DNA of 32,000 nt, from contig NC_016803.1 in the NCBI RefSeq assembly GCF_000189295.2, positions 330,001 to 362,000 on the forward strand. The letters are read 5' to 3'. The notes beneath the pieces were generated by a model. That model saw only the letters and a program-made list of their open reading frames with translations. It was not told where the DNA came from and searched no databases. A program made the position numbers and the translations under genes. Source of the stretch: Pseudodesulfovibrio mercurii. Lineage in GTDB: Bacteria; Desulfobacterota; Desulfovibrionia; Desulfovibrionales; Desulfovibrionaceae. The stretch's first letter is position 1. Each line of letters starts with the position of its first letter. Below are positions 9,167 through 16,988 of the stretch, in pieces.

Positions 9167-10774
9167 ATGAAAGTCACCTTCATGGGCGCGGCCCGCACCG
9201 TCACCGGCTCCTGTTACATCCTCGAATGCGGCGGCAAGCGGTTCGCCGTGGACTGCGGCATGCACCAGGGCAACCGTGAAATCGAGAAGCGCAACTGGAA
9301 CATCGCCGCCTACGGCCCCAAGAAACTGGATTTCATCCTGATCACCCACGCGCACATGGACCACACCGGGCTTCTGCCCGCCCTGGTGGCCAAGGGGTAC
9401 CATAACCCCATCTACTGCACCGCGCCCACCCGCGACCTGCTTGAGATCATGCTCCTCGACTCGGCCCACATCCAGGAGATGGAGACCGAGTGGGACAACC
9501 GCAAGCAGCGGCGGACCGGCGGCGACATGATCAAGCCGCTCTACACCATCGCCGACGCCGAACGGACCACGCCCCTGTTCGCGACCATCGACTACTCCAA
9601 GACCTTCGAGCCCGCGCCGGGCATCAAGGTGACCTACAAGGACGCCGGACACATCCTCGGTTCGGCCTTCATCGAGATCGAGTACGAGGAGGACGGCAAG
9701 CTGACCAAGACGGTCTTCTCCGGCGATCTGGGCAGGCCCGAGCAGCTCATCGTCAACGACCCCTCGGACATGGAGTGCGCGGACTACCTGTTCATGGAGT
9801 CCACCTACGGCAACCGCAACCACGTGGACGCCAAGGGCAGCCTGGAGGAGCTGGCCGAGGCCATCGCCTACAGCTACGGCAACGGCGAGAAGGTGGTCAT
9901 CCCGGCCTTTGCCGTGGAGCGCTCCCAGCAGATCATCTACTCGCTGTTCCTGCTCAGGAAGCAGGGCAAGCTGCCCGCGGACATGCCGGTCTACCTGGAC
10001 AGCCCGCTGGCCATCCGGGCCACGGAGATCTTCCGCAAGCATCCTGAATATTTCGATGAGGAAACCCAGAAGTACATCCGGGCCGGGGAAAACCCCCTGG
10101 ACCTGCCCAACCTCCATTTCACCCAGACGCGGGAGCAGTCCCAGGCCATCAACGAGTCCAAGGGCCCGGCCATCATCATCTCGGCCAGCGGCATGGCCAA
10201 CGCGGGCCGGATCAAGCACCACCTCCGGCACAACCTGTGGCGTCCGGGGGCCAGCGTGGTCTTCGTGGGCTGGCAGGGCGTGGGCACGCCGGGCCGCAAG
10301 ATCGTCAACGGGGCCAAGAAGATCACCATCTTCGGCGAGGAGGTCCTGGTCAAGGCCAAGGTCTTCACCATCAACGGCTTCTCGGGTCACGCCGGGCGCG
10401 ACGAGCTGCTCGACTGGCTCGGGACCATGCAGGGCAAGCCCATCAAGATCCTGCTGGTGCACGGCGAGGCCGAGGTCCAGAAGGAGTTCGCCAGGCTGAT
10501 CGTGGAGCGGTTCGGCTTCGAGGTGCACATCCCGGAGTACATGGAGGTCCTGGAGCTTGAGCCGGGCAAGGAACTGGAGCCCGTGGTCGACATGGAGGTG
10601 GCCCGGCCGCACGTGGACTGGGAATTTCTGCTGGCCGACTCCGAGACCCTGTACCAGGAGCTGCGCAACCGCATCCGGGACGTGGAGAAGCGGCCCTGGG
10701 TGGACCAGGCCGAGCTGCGCGACAAGCTGCTTGACATCAATCGCAGCATCGTGGAGCTGGTCTCCGAGATGTAG
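9167..10774 (+). CDS. MBL-fold metallo-hydrolase, beta-CASP (RNA-metabolising) family
   Basis: MKVTFMGAARTVTGSCYILECGGKRFAVDCGMHQG...ILITHAHMDHTGLLPAL... shows metallo-beta-lactamase motif 2 (HxHxDH), followed by a beta-CASP-like region (...SASGMANAGRIKHHL...INGFSGHAGRDELLDW). GAGGA lies 7 nt upstream of ATG 9167. Confidence 0.85.
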   Translation: MKVTFMGAARTVTGSCYILECGGKRFAVDCGMHQGNREIEKRNWNIAAYGPKKLDFILITHAHMDHTGLLPALVAKGYHNPIYCTAPTRDLLEIMLLDSAHIQEMETEWDNRKQRRTGGDMIKPLYTIADAERTTPLFATIDYSKTFEPAPGIKVTYKDAGHILGSAFIEIEYEEDGKLTKTVFSGDLGRPEQLIVNDPSDMECADYLFMESTYGNRNHVDAKGSLEELAEAIAYSYGNGEKVVIPAFAVERSQQIIYSLFLLRKQGKLPADMPVYLDSPLAIRATEIFRKHPEYFDEETQKYIRAGENPLDLPNLHFTQTREQSQAINESKGPAIIISASGMANAGRIKHHLRHNLWRPGASVVFVGWQGVGTPGRKIVNGAKKITIFGEEVLVKAKVFTINGFSGHAGRDELLDWLGTMQGKPIKILLVHGEAEVQKEFARLIVERFGFEVHIPEYMEVLELEPGKELEPVVDMEVARPHVDWEFLLADSETLYQELRNRIRDVEKRPWVDQAELRDKLLDINRSIVELVSEM

Positions 10775-10776
10775 CC

Positions 10777-11337
10777 GTGCGCATCGTCGGCGGACAATAC
10801 AAGGGGCGCAGGATTCTGACCTGCGAAGGACCGGGCTACCGGCCCGCGACCATGAAGGTGCGCGAGTCGGTGTTCTCCATGCTCGCGGCGCGCGGCGTGG
10901 ACTTCGGCCGGGCGCGGGTCATCGACATGTTCGCGGGCAGCGGCTCCCTGGCCCTGGAATGCCTGAGCCGGGGCGCGCCCATGGCCTGGTTCGTGGAGAA
11001 GAGCCCCAAGGCCGCCGCGCTCATCCGCCGCAACCTGGCGGACCTCAAGGTGGACAAGGGCCATTTCAGGGTGGTCTGCAAGGACCTTTTCAGTGTATTG
11101 TCCAAGGGGCCGGAGCGTCCGTTCGACCTGGTCTTCATCGATCCGCCCTACGGGCACGACCTGCTCGTCCCGGCCCTGGAAAAGGCGCTGGAGAACGGCT
11201 GGATCGCGCCGGGCGGGCTGGTTCTGGCCGAGGTGGAACGCTCGGTGACCGCCCCGGAGGACGGCCCCGTGGGGGCCATGGAGTTGCTAACCGACCGCGA
11301 ATACGGTCAAACCAGGATTTTGTTATGGCGAAATTGA
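10777..11337 (+). CDS. rsmD: 16S rRNA (guanine966-N2)-methyltransferase RsmD
   Basis: MRIVGGQYKGRRILTCEGPGYRPATMKVRESVFSML...DMFAGSGSLALECLSRGA...VFIDPPY, the RsmD signature. GTG start lies 2 nt after the preceding stop. Confidence 0.85.
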   Translation: MRIVGGQYKGRRILTCEGPGYRPATMKVRESVFSMLAARGVDFGRARVIDMFAGSGSLALECLSRGAPMAWFVEKSPKAAALIRRNLADLKVDKGHFRVVCKDLFSVLSKGPERPFDLVFIDPPYGHDLLVPALEKALENGWIAPGGLVLAEVERSVTAPEDGPVGAMELLTDREYGQTRILLWRN

Positions 11338-11852
11338 ACCCCAGGCTGGCCGTGTACCCCGGCACCTTCGATCCTTTGACCATGGGCCACGTGGGCCTGA
11401 CCCGCCGGGGGCTGAACGTCTTCGACAACATCATCCTGGGCGTGGCCGAGAGCACGCCCAAGCGGACGCTGTTCACCGTGGGCGAGCGCGTGGCCCTGGC
11501 CCGGGACGTGTTCCGCGACGAGCCCAGGATCACCGTGGAATCCTTTGACTGCCTGCTCATCGACTACGTGGAGAGCCGGGGGGCGGGGTCCATCATGCGC
11601 GGCCTGCGCGCGGTCTCGGACTTCGAGTACGAGTTCCAGATGGCCCTCATGAACCGCAAGCTCAAGCACGACATCGAGACTGTGTTCATGATGACCGACT
11701 TCAAGTGGATGTACCTGAGCTCCACCATCGTCAAGGAAGTGGCTCAGTACGGCGGGGACATCCGGGGGCTGGTGCCCGGCCCGGTGGCCACGGCCCTGTC
11801 GGTCAAGTTCGGCGTCAAGCCCCAGGAGTGGGGACACAACCACTACATATGA
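11325..11852 (+). CDS. coaD: Pantetheine-phosphate adenylyltransferase
   Basis: LAVYPGTFDPLTMGHVGLTRRG...SIMRGLRAVSDFEYEFQMALMNRKL...SSTIVKEVAQYGGDI matches the CoaD T/HxGH and ISST-type motifs. It overlaps the rsmD 3' end by 13 nt. Confidence 0.93.
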   Translation: MAKLNPRLAVYPGTFDPLTMGHVGLTRRGLNVFDNIILGVAESTPKRTLFTVGERVALARDVFRDEPRITVESFDCLLIDYVESRGAGSIMRGLRAVSDFEYEFQMALMNRKLKHDIETVFMMTDFKWMYLSSTIVKEVAQYGGDIRGLVPGPVATALSVKFGVKPQEWGHNHYI

Positions 11853-12775
11853 GCAAGCCCCCCATCGTCTGCCTGCTCGGCCCGACCGGCACGGGCAAGA
11901 CCTCAGCGGCCATCGCCATTGCGGGCCGCCTGCCCGCGAGCGTCATCAACTTCGACTCCCGTCAGGTCTACCGCGACTTTCCGATCATCACGGCCCAGCC
12001 CGACGCGGACGAGCGCGCCGCCTGCCCGCACCATCTCTACGGATTCCTGCCCACCGGGGAGAAGATGACCGCGGCCCGGTTCGTGGAGCTGGCCGTGGAC
12101 AGGATCGAGGCCGTGCGCGGGGAGGGCCGCCTGCCCATCCTGGTGGGCGGCACCGGGCTCTATCTCCGCTCCCTGCTGACCGGCATTGCGCCCATCCCGG
12201 AGATTCCCGAGGACATTCGCCGACAGGTCCTTGATCGCGTGGCAGCGGAAGGGCCCCAGGCCCTGCACGCGGAACTGACGCGCACCGACCCGGACTACGC
12301 GGCCAAAATCCATCCCAACGACACCCAGCGCAACGCCCGCGCCGCCGAGGTCTTCCTGGCCACGGGCCGGACCATGACCTGGTGGCACACCGAGAGCGAG
12401 CACGCCCCGGCCCCCTACGACGCCCTCAAGATCGGCATGCGCCTGGCCCTGAACGACCTGGAGCCGCTCCTGGCCGCGCGCATCGACGTCATGCTCGAGC
12501 GCGGGGGGCTGGACGAGGCCAGGGCCGCCTTCGCGCGTTGCCCGGACCCGGACGCGCCGGGCTGGACCGGCATCGGCTGCGCCGAGCTGCTCGGGTTCCT
12601 GCGCGGCGCACTGACCCTGGCCGAGGCCCGAGAGAAATGGGTGCGGAACACCAGGGCCTATGCCAAACGGCAGCTGACCTGGTTCAACAGGGAGGCGGAC
12701 ATCCACTGGTTCGCGCCCGGCGAGAACCGGGCCGTGGCCGACCTGACGGTGGCGTGGCTGGCGGAGCGGGGCTGA
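11849..12775 (+). CDS. miaA: tRNA dimethylallyltransferase
   Basis: MSKPPIVCLLGPTGTGKTSAAIAIAGRLPASVINFDSRQVYRDFPIITAQP shows the MiaA P-loop and N-terminus. ATGA overlap with the coaD stop. Confidence 0.92.
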   Translation: MSKPPIVCLLGPTGTGKTSAAIAIAGRLPASVINFDSRQVYRDFPIITAQPDADERAACPHHLYGFLPTGEKMTAARFVELAVDRIEAVRGEGRLPILVGGTGLYLRSLLTGIAPIPEIPEDIRRQVLDRVAAEGPQALHAELTRTDPDYAAKIHPNDTQRNARAAEVFLATGRTMTWWHTESEHAPAPYDALKIGMRLALNDLEPLLAARIDVMLERGGLDEARAAFARCPDPDAPGWTGIGCAELLGFLRGALTLAEAREKWVRNTRAYAKRQLTWFNREADIHWFAPGENRAVADLTVAWLAERG

Positions 12776-13264
12776 TCAGCTTCCGGCCAGGACGGTCAGC
12801 TGCGTCGGGGTCAGGGCCCAGTTCAGGGTCCCGGCGGACTTGCCGGGTTCGAGACCGAGCTGCATGAGCCCGCCGTTCTCCACACGGACCTCCACATGCC
12901 TTCCCGGCGACAGGATGGCTGAGGCCAGGAGGGCCAGGGAGGGCAGGTGGCCGGTGATGAGGATGGAATCCAACCCTTCGTATTCGCGGATGAAATTGAT
13001 GGTCTCGGCGGTCGGGGCCATGGCCTTGACCGCGTCCGTGACCACGATGCGTTCCACGGGGTAGCCGGTCTGTCCGGCCATGATCTCGGCGGTCTGGATG
13101 GAGCGGACCTTGGAACTGGCCGCCACCAGCTGGAAGCGCAGGCCGAGGATGGCGGCGGCGCGGGCGGACTTCTCCACCTGCTCCCGGCCCACCGGGCTCA
13201 GGGGCTGGTTCGGGTTGACTTCCTTGGGCAGGCAGGCGCCGTGCTGCATGAGATGGATTAGCAT
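12776..13264 (-). CDS. sixA: Histidine-phosphatase-fold protein, SixA-like (RHG motif reads QHG)
   Basis: MLIHLMQHGACLPKE...LSPVGREQ...SSKVRSIQTAEIM...LITGHLPSL matches SixA layout and size (162 aa). ATG 13264 has GGAG 7 nt upstream. The upstream extension of ORF 12776..13375 is not protein-like. Confidence 0.7.
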   Translation of the reverse strand: MLIHLMQHGACLPKEVNPNQPLSPVGREQVEKSARAAAILGLRFQLVAASSKVRSIQTAEIMAGQTGYPVERIVVTDAVKAMAPTAETINFIREYEGLDSILITGHLPSLALLASAILSPGRHVEVRVENGGLMQLGLEPGKSAGTLNWALTPTQLTVLAGS

Positions 13265-13318
13265 GTCTCGCTCCGTGGTTGAAGGCCGTCCCGGGATGCT
13301 AGCACCGCGTCCGGCCGG

Positions 13319-13334
13319 CGGCAAGCGGCTTGCA
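13319..13334 (+). promoter_or_regulatory. Candidate sigma-54 (-24/-12) promoter
   Basis: CGGCAAgcggcTTGCA has GG and GC exactly 12 nt apart, as in TGGCAC-N5-TTGCW, about 85 nt upstream of the ATG at 13418. CGGCAAGCG recurs at 13341-13349. Confidence 0.3.
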
Positions 13335-13417
13335 GAAAACCGGCAAGCGCGATACAGGGGGATTGCCTTGGCCATCCCGGCCGCACGGGGCCTTGAACAC
13401 TTCAGGACAGTTAGCCG

Positions 13418-14356
13418 ATGTCGTTTCGCATATTCGTTCCCATTTTATTGTCATTTCTCCTTTTTGCTTCGCCTGCCCGGGCCTTTGACGGGCTCGTGCA
13501 GACCTTCGGGGCCGACGGGACCCTCTCCTGGGGCACCGGCGAGCTGTCCGTGGTCCGGCCCGTGGAGGGCGCGGCCGCGGACGAATCCGACACCGCCCTG
13601 TCGCCGCTCTCCGTGCGCAGGGCCGTGGTCCAGGCGCGCAAGCGGCTCCTGGACATGGTCCTGTCCGTGCGCATCGACGGGCACCAGACCGTGGGCGCGT
13701 TCCTGTCCGGGGACAGCGACCTGGCCGCCCAGGTGCGCGGGCTGATCCAGAACTCCCTGTACCGGGGGCCGGGCCTCTACGACGAGGCGGGCACGGTGCG
13801 CGTGTCCGAGAAGCTGCGCGGACAGCTGGCCGAATTGATCCTGCCCAACACCATCCAGTTCCAGAGCACCATCCCGCCCCGGCTGTCCACGGCCACGGGG
13901 CAGGGCGTGGACACGCCCGACAACGCGCCCGAAGAGGTGGGCAGCGGCACGCGAGGCTACACCGGCGTGGTCGTCGATGCGCGCGGGCTCAAGCTCACCC
14001 CGGCCCTGGCCCCGATCATCTACGGCCAGGACGGGTTCGGCGCCTACGGCTACTTCCAGGTCAGCCGGACCAACGTGGTGGACAAGGGCATGGTCGCCTA
14101 TTCCGTGAGCGACAACCCCAAGGTCCTGGCCGAGCGGGTCGGCAAGCGGCCGCTCATGGTCCGGGCCCTCGGGGCCTACGGCTCCTGGCGGACGGACGTG
14201 ATCATCGCCGCCTCGGACGCCCGGCTGGTCCGGGCCGTGGTCAAGACCGGTCCCATCGCGGACGGATGTCGGGTGGTCATCCTGGTGGACCGCCCCGAAA
14301 AGGAATCGGGCGACGCGGACGCGGCCCGGACTGCCAAGGGGGCTGGTGATGCGTAG
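13418..14356 (+). CDS. Secreted hypothetical protein (signal peptide; C-terminal YTGVVVDARGL... domain)
   Basis: The N-terminus MSFRIFVPILLSFLLFASPARA/FDG is a clear Sec signal. The rest is a protein-like 312-aa ORF with no family I can name with certainty. Confidence 0.7.
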   Translation: MSFRIFVPILLSFLLFASPARAFDGLVQTFGADGTLSWGTGELSVVRPVEGAAADESDTALSPLSVRRAVVQARKRLLDMVLSVRIDGHQTVGAFLSGDSDLAAQVRGLIQNSLYRGPGLYDEAGTVRVSEKLRGQLAELILPNTIQFQSTIPPRLSTATGQGVDTPDNAPEEVGSGTRGYTGVVVDARGLKLTPALAPIIYGQDGFGAYGYFQVSRTNVVDKGMVAYSVSDNPKVLAERVGKRPLMVRALGAYGSWRTDVIIAASDARLVRAVVKTGPIADGCRVVILVDRPEKESGDADAARTAKGAGDA

Positions 14357-15251
14357 GTATCTGTTTCTCTTTTTCATTGTCTGCTGCCTGCTGAGCGTCC
14401 GGCCCGTCCTGGCCGGGCAGGTCCAGGTCTTCGAGCCCATGGCCGAGGGCATGTCCCAGCGCGACCTGCGCGACAAGGCGCGGGCCCAGGGATTCGCCCA
14501 GGCCGTGCTCGACGAGGCCAAGGGCATGCTCTCGAACAAGCTCCCCGAAGAGCGCGTCGCGCTGCTCAAGGAATATCTCCTCGGCCATGCCGAGCCGTTC
14601 ATCCAGGGCTACAAGATAGTCTCCTCCCAGGCCTTCCCCGAGGGGCTGGGCCTGACCCTGGACGTGCGCGTGGATCGCCGCTCCCTGCGCGACAGCCTCG
14701 GCGGCATGGGGCTCTTCGCCACCCTGTCGCAGCCCCAGGCCGCCACCGTGGTCTGGCCCGGCGACCTGAGCGACGAGGAGGTCCAGGCCCTCCAGCACCT
14801 GGTCAAGCTGACCGGCATCGCGCCCGCTCAAGGGGCCTCTCCGGTCCTGACCATGGAGCGGGGCGCCGACAAGGGCACCTGGAAGTGCCGTCTGTCCTAC
14901 GACGGGCAGGAGTGGATGGCCGTCAGCCCGGACATGGCCAAGGCCTGGTTCGACCTGTGGCCGCGCTTCTTCGACCGTCCCACGGCCCAGGCCGCGCGGA
15001 CCGGCGGCGAAACCCTGACCGTGTCCGGCTGGTTCTCGCCCGACGGCGTCCTGGAGTTCGACCGCGTGCTGCACGGCTGGGATTCCGCCGTGCAGAACGC
15101 CCAACTCGCGGAGCTGGACATGCAGCCCTCCGGGGCCGGGGCCGTCTGGACCCTGTCCGTGATCAACCGCGACCGGCTGGAAATGCTGCTCAACGCCTTC
15201 CTGCCCCAGCGAGGCCTGAGTTTCCACCTGGCCGCCGAGAACCGGGACTAG
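14349..15251 (+). CDS. Secreted hypothetical protein (signal peptide)
   Basis: MRRYLFLFFIVCCLLSVRPVLA/GQV signal peptide. The start overlaps the stop of the previous gene by 8 nt (GTG 14346 / ATG 14349), which suggests translational coupling. Confidence 0.7.
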   Translation: MRRYLFLFFIVCCLLSVRPVLAGQVQVFEPMAEGMSQRDLRDKARAQGFAQAVLDEAKGMLSNKLPEERVALLKEYLLGHAEPFIQGYKIVSSQAFPEGLGLTLDVRVDRRSLRDSLGGMGLFATLSQPQAATVVWPGDLSDEEVQALQHLVKLTGIAPAQGASPVLTMERGADKGTWKCRLSYDGQEWMAVSPDMAKAWFDLWPRFFDRPTAQAARTGGETLTVSGWFSPDGVLEFDRVLHGWDSAVQNAQLAELDMQPSGAGAVWTLSVINRDRLEMLLNAFLPQRGLSFHLAAENRD

Positions 15252-15272
15252 GCCGGAGCAGGGAGGGGACCC

Positions 15273-15839
15273 GTGCCGCGTGACGCCATCTGGACCGTTC
15301 CCAACATCCTGACCATCGTCCGCATCCTGCTGACGCCGCTCTTCGTGGTGGCCTACGTGGGCGAGAACTTCAACCTGGCCTGGATGCTCTTCGCCGTGGC
15401 CGGGCTGACCGACGCCTTCGACGGCTTCCTGGCCAGGGTCTGGGACCAGCGCACCCAGCTCGGGGCCGTGCTCGACCCCCTGGCGGACAAGGCCCTGCTG
15501 GTCACCTCGTTCATCTGCCTGGCGGCCAAGGGCTGGATTCCCTTCTGGTTCGCCGTGCTCGTGGTCAGCCGCGACGTGATCATCGTCGGCGGCCTGGCCG
15601 TGCTCAGCTTCCTGGGCGTGGACGTCAAGAACCGCATCCGGCCCATCCGGATCAGCAAGTTCAACACCGCCGCCCAGATCGTCCTCGTGGTCGCGGTCAT
15701 GATCCACCGCACCTTCGGGCTCGACTACGGCTTCTTCCTCGGGGCCCTGATCACCGTCACCGCACTGTCCACCATTCTTTCCGGCATCGCCTACGTCCGC
15801 CGAGGCTTCGCGCTCTTCTCCGAACAGGTCGAAGGGTAG
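15273..15839 (+). CDS. pgsA: CDP-alcohol phosphatidyltransferase (probable CDP-diacylglycerol--glycerol-3-phosphate 3-phosphatidyltransferase)
   Basis: The motif DAFDGFLARVWDQRTQLGAVLDPLAD equals D-x2-DG-x2-AR-x8-G-x3-D-x3-D. 188 aa, multi-pass hydrophobic. GTG start has GGGAGGGG 4 nt upstream. Confidence 0.8.
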   Translation: MPRDAIWTVPNILTIVRILLTPLFVVAYVGENFNLAWMLFAVAGLTDAFDGFLARVWDQRTQLGAVLDPLADKALLVTSFICLAAKGWIPFWFAVLVVSRDVIIVGGLAVLSFLGVDVKNRIRPIRISKFNTAAQIVLVVAVMIHRTFGLDYGFFLGALITVTALSTILSGIAYVRRGFALFSEQVEG

Positions 15840-15910
15840 GGGAGCGCGCCTCCGGGCCTCCTGCCGTTGGCGAATCTTCGAGCCCTACTGATGAGGACAG
15901 CAGCGATCGG

Positions 15911-15969
15911 CCGGGGGAAGGGGAGAGGGGAACCCTTTGAAAAGGGCTTCCCCTCTCCCCTTCCCCCGG
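15911..15969. repeat. 59-nt near-perfect palindrome with homopurine/homopyrimidine arms
   Basis: CCGGGGGAAGGGGAGAGGGGAA (15911-15932) is the exact reverse complement of TTCCCCTCTCCCCTTCCCCCGG (15948-15969). The inner CCCTTT-ga-AAAGGG extends the stem, with one bulged C. A degenerate third arm copy lies at about 15971-15991. Confidence 0.9.
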
Positions 15970-16093
15970 ACCCCCATCCCCTCTCCCTTCCTAAACTTTT
16001 TGTCGCCGCTTCGCGGAGGGCGGGGGCGGGGGGCTTTTGGGAAAAATGGGTGCGGGGGCGGAGCCGTTGGGGTCGGGTGGGGTTGCTCGGGGC

Positions 16094-16126
16094 AAAAAAA
16101 AGCCCGGTTGCGGAGGGCAACCGGGC
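16094..16126 (-). terminator. Rho-independent terminator of tatA
   Basis: Minus strand reads GCCCGGTTGC-cctcc-GCAACCGGGC (perfect 10-bp stem) followed by T8, 30 nt after the tatA stop. Confidence 0.9.
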
Positions 16127-16155
16127 GAAAGGGCCGTTGATGGAGGGAGTAGGGG

Positions 16156-16356
16156 CTAGCTGTCCTTCTTCTCGTCGTCGGAGGGAGAGGATTTGGGGGT
16201 CACGTCGATTTCGTCAGGCTCGCTGGTGGCCTTCTTGAAATTGCTGATGGCCTTGCCGATGCCGCCGCCGATTTCCGGCAGTTTCTTCGCGCCGAAAATG
16301 ACCAAAACAATCACGAGGATGATCAAGAGTTCCCAAACGCCGAATCCGCCAATCAT
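16156..16356 (-). CDS. tatA: Twin-arginine translocase subunit TatA/E
   Basis: [43 protein letters not shown]... is the canonical TatA TM helix, FG hinge and amphipathic helix. 66 aa. Confidence 0.93.
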   Translation of the reverse strand: MIGGFGVWELLIILVIVLVIFGAKKLPEIGGGIGKAISNFKKATSEPDEIDVTPKSSPSDDEKKDS

Positions 16357-16404
16357 AAATAGCCTCCAATTGGGTGAATGACTTCACCATAATTTGTGAT
16401 AGTG

Positions 16405-16433
16405 GCTATACACCCGGCTCCATGCCCAGTCAA
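16405..16433 (-). promoter_or_regulatory. Candidate sigma-70 promoter for tatA
   Basis: Minus strand: TTGACT (16433-16428), a 17-nt spacer, then TATAGC (16410-16405), about 50 nt upstream of the tatA ATG. Confidence 0.4.
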
Positions 16434-16600
16434 GGACGGCCAGACATTTCCCCACCTCGGCCCCGACGGGATTCGGGGCCGGAAAAGGGCGGTTTGGCTT
16501 TACAATTGAATGTTCGGGCCTTACATCATCCCCATCGGCACAGGAAGACGGGTCGGCCACGGCCGCCGATGTTTCCCCACGCACAGAACCAAGGGTAGGA

Positions 16601-16972
16601 ATGGGCACCATTTCACGGTTGCCCGGCACGGACTGCCGGCACCACATCAACGGCCGCTGCCTCTACGAGGAGTGGCTCAACCCCGGATACACGAAGTCAT
16701 GGCGTTGCCAGGTCACGGCCCGGTGGGAGTCCTCCTTTGACGACTTCCTGCGCCGCGCCGAGTATTTCGGCGTGGACGAGGACGCGGCCCCGGACCTCTG
16801 GGGGCGGCAGTTCCAGCGGGTGGCTCGGGACACCTTTCACTGCGGGCTGTACACCTACCTACCCGGTGCGGACGCGCCGGGTTGCGGACACCATCTGAAC
16901 GGGGTCTGCGTCATGGGCCTGCCCCGGTGCGCCGGGCGGTGCCGCCACTTCGACCCCAACAGCGACGAATAG
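16601..16972 (+). CDS. Cys/His-rich hypothetical protein (8 Cys, duplicated CxHHxNGxC motif)
   Basis: The 123-aa ORF contains PGTDCRHHINGRC (aa 8-20) and PGADAPGCGHHLNGVC (aa 88-103), followed by CAGRC. An AGG-rich RBS precedes the ATG. It is the first gene of a three-gene same-strand cluster. Confidence 0.65.
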   Translation: MGTISRLPGTDCRHHINGRCLYEEWLNPGYTKSWRCQVTARWESSFDDFLRRAEYFGVDEDAAPDLWGRQFQRVARDTFHCGLYTYLPGADAPGCGHHLNGVCVMGLPRCAGRCRHFDPNSDE

Positions 16973-16988
16973 AGCAAGGAGAGCGCGC

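Noticed and set aside
15867-16238. ORFs 15867..16238, 15937..16140 and 15791..16120 in the pgsA-tatA spacer
   Set aside because: They translate the homopurine/homopyrimidine palindrome and the G-run tract into low-complexity Gly/Arg/Pro peptides, with no RBS and no coding-like composition.
16494-16510. TGGCTTTACAATTGAA upstream of the Cys-rich gene as a sigma-54 promoter
   Set aside because: The -24 TGGC and the spacing fit, but the essential -12 GC reads GA. This is too weak to call.
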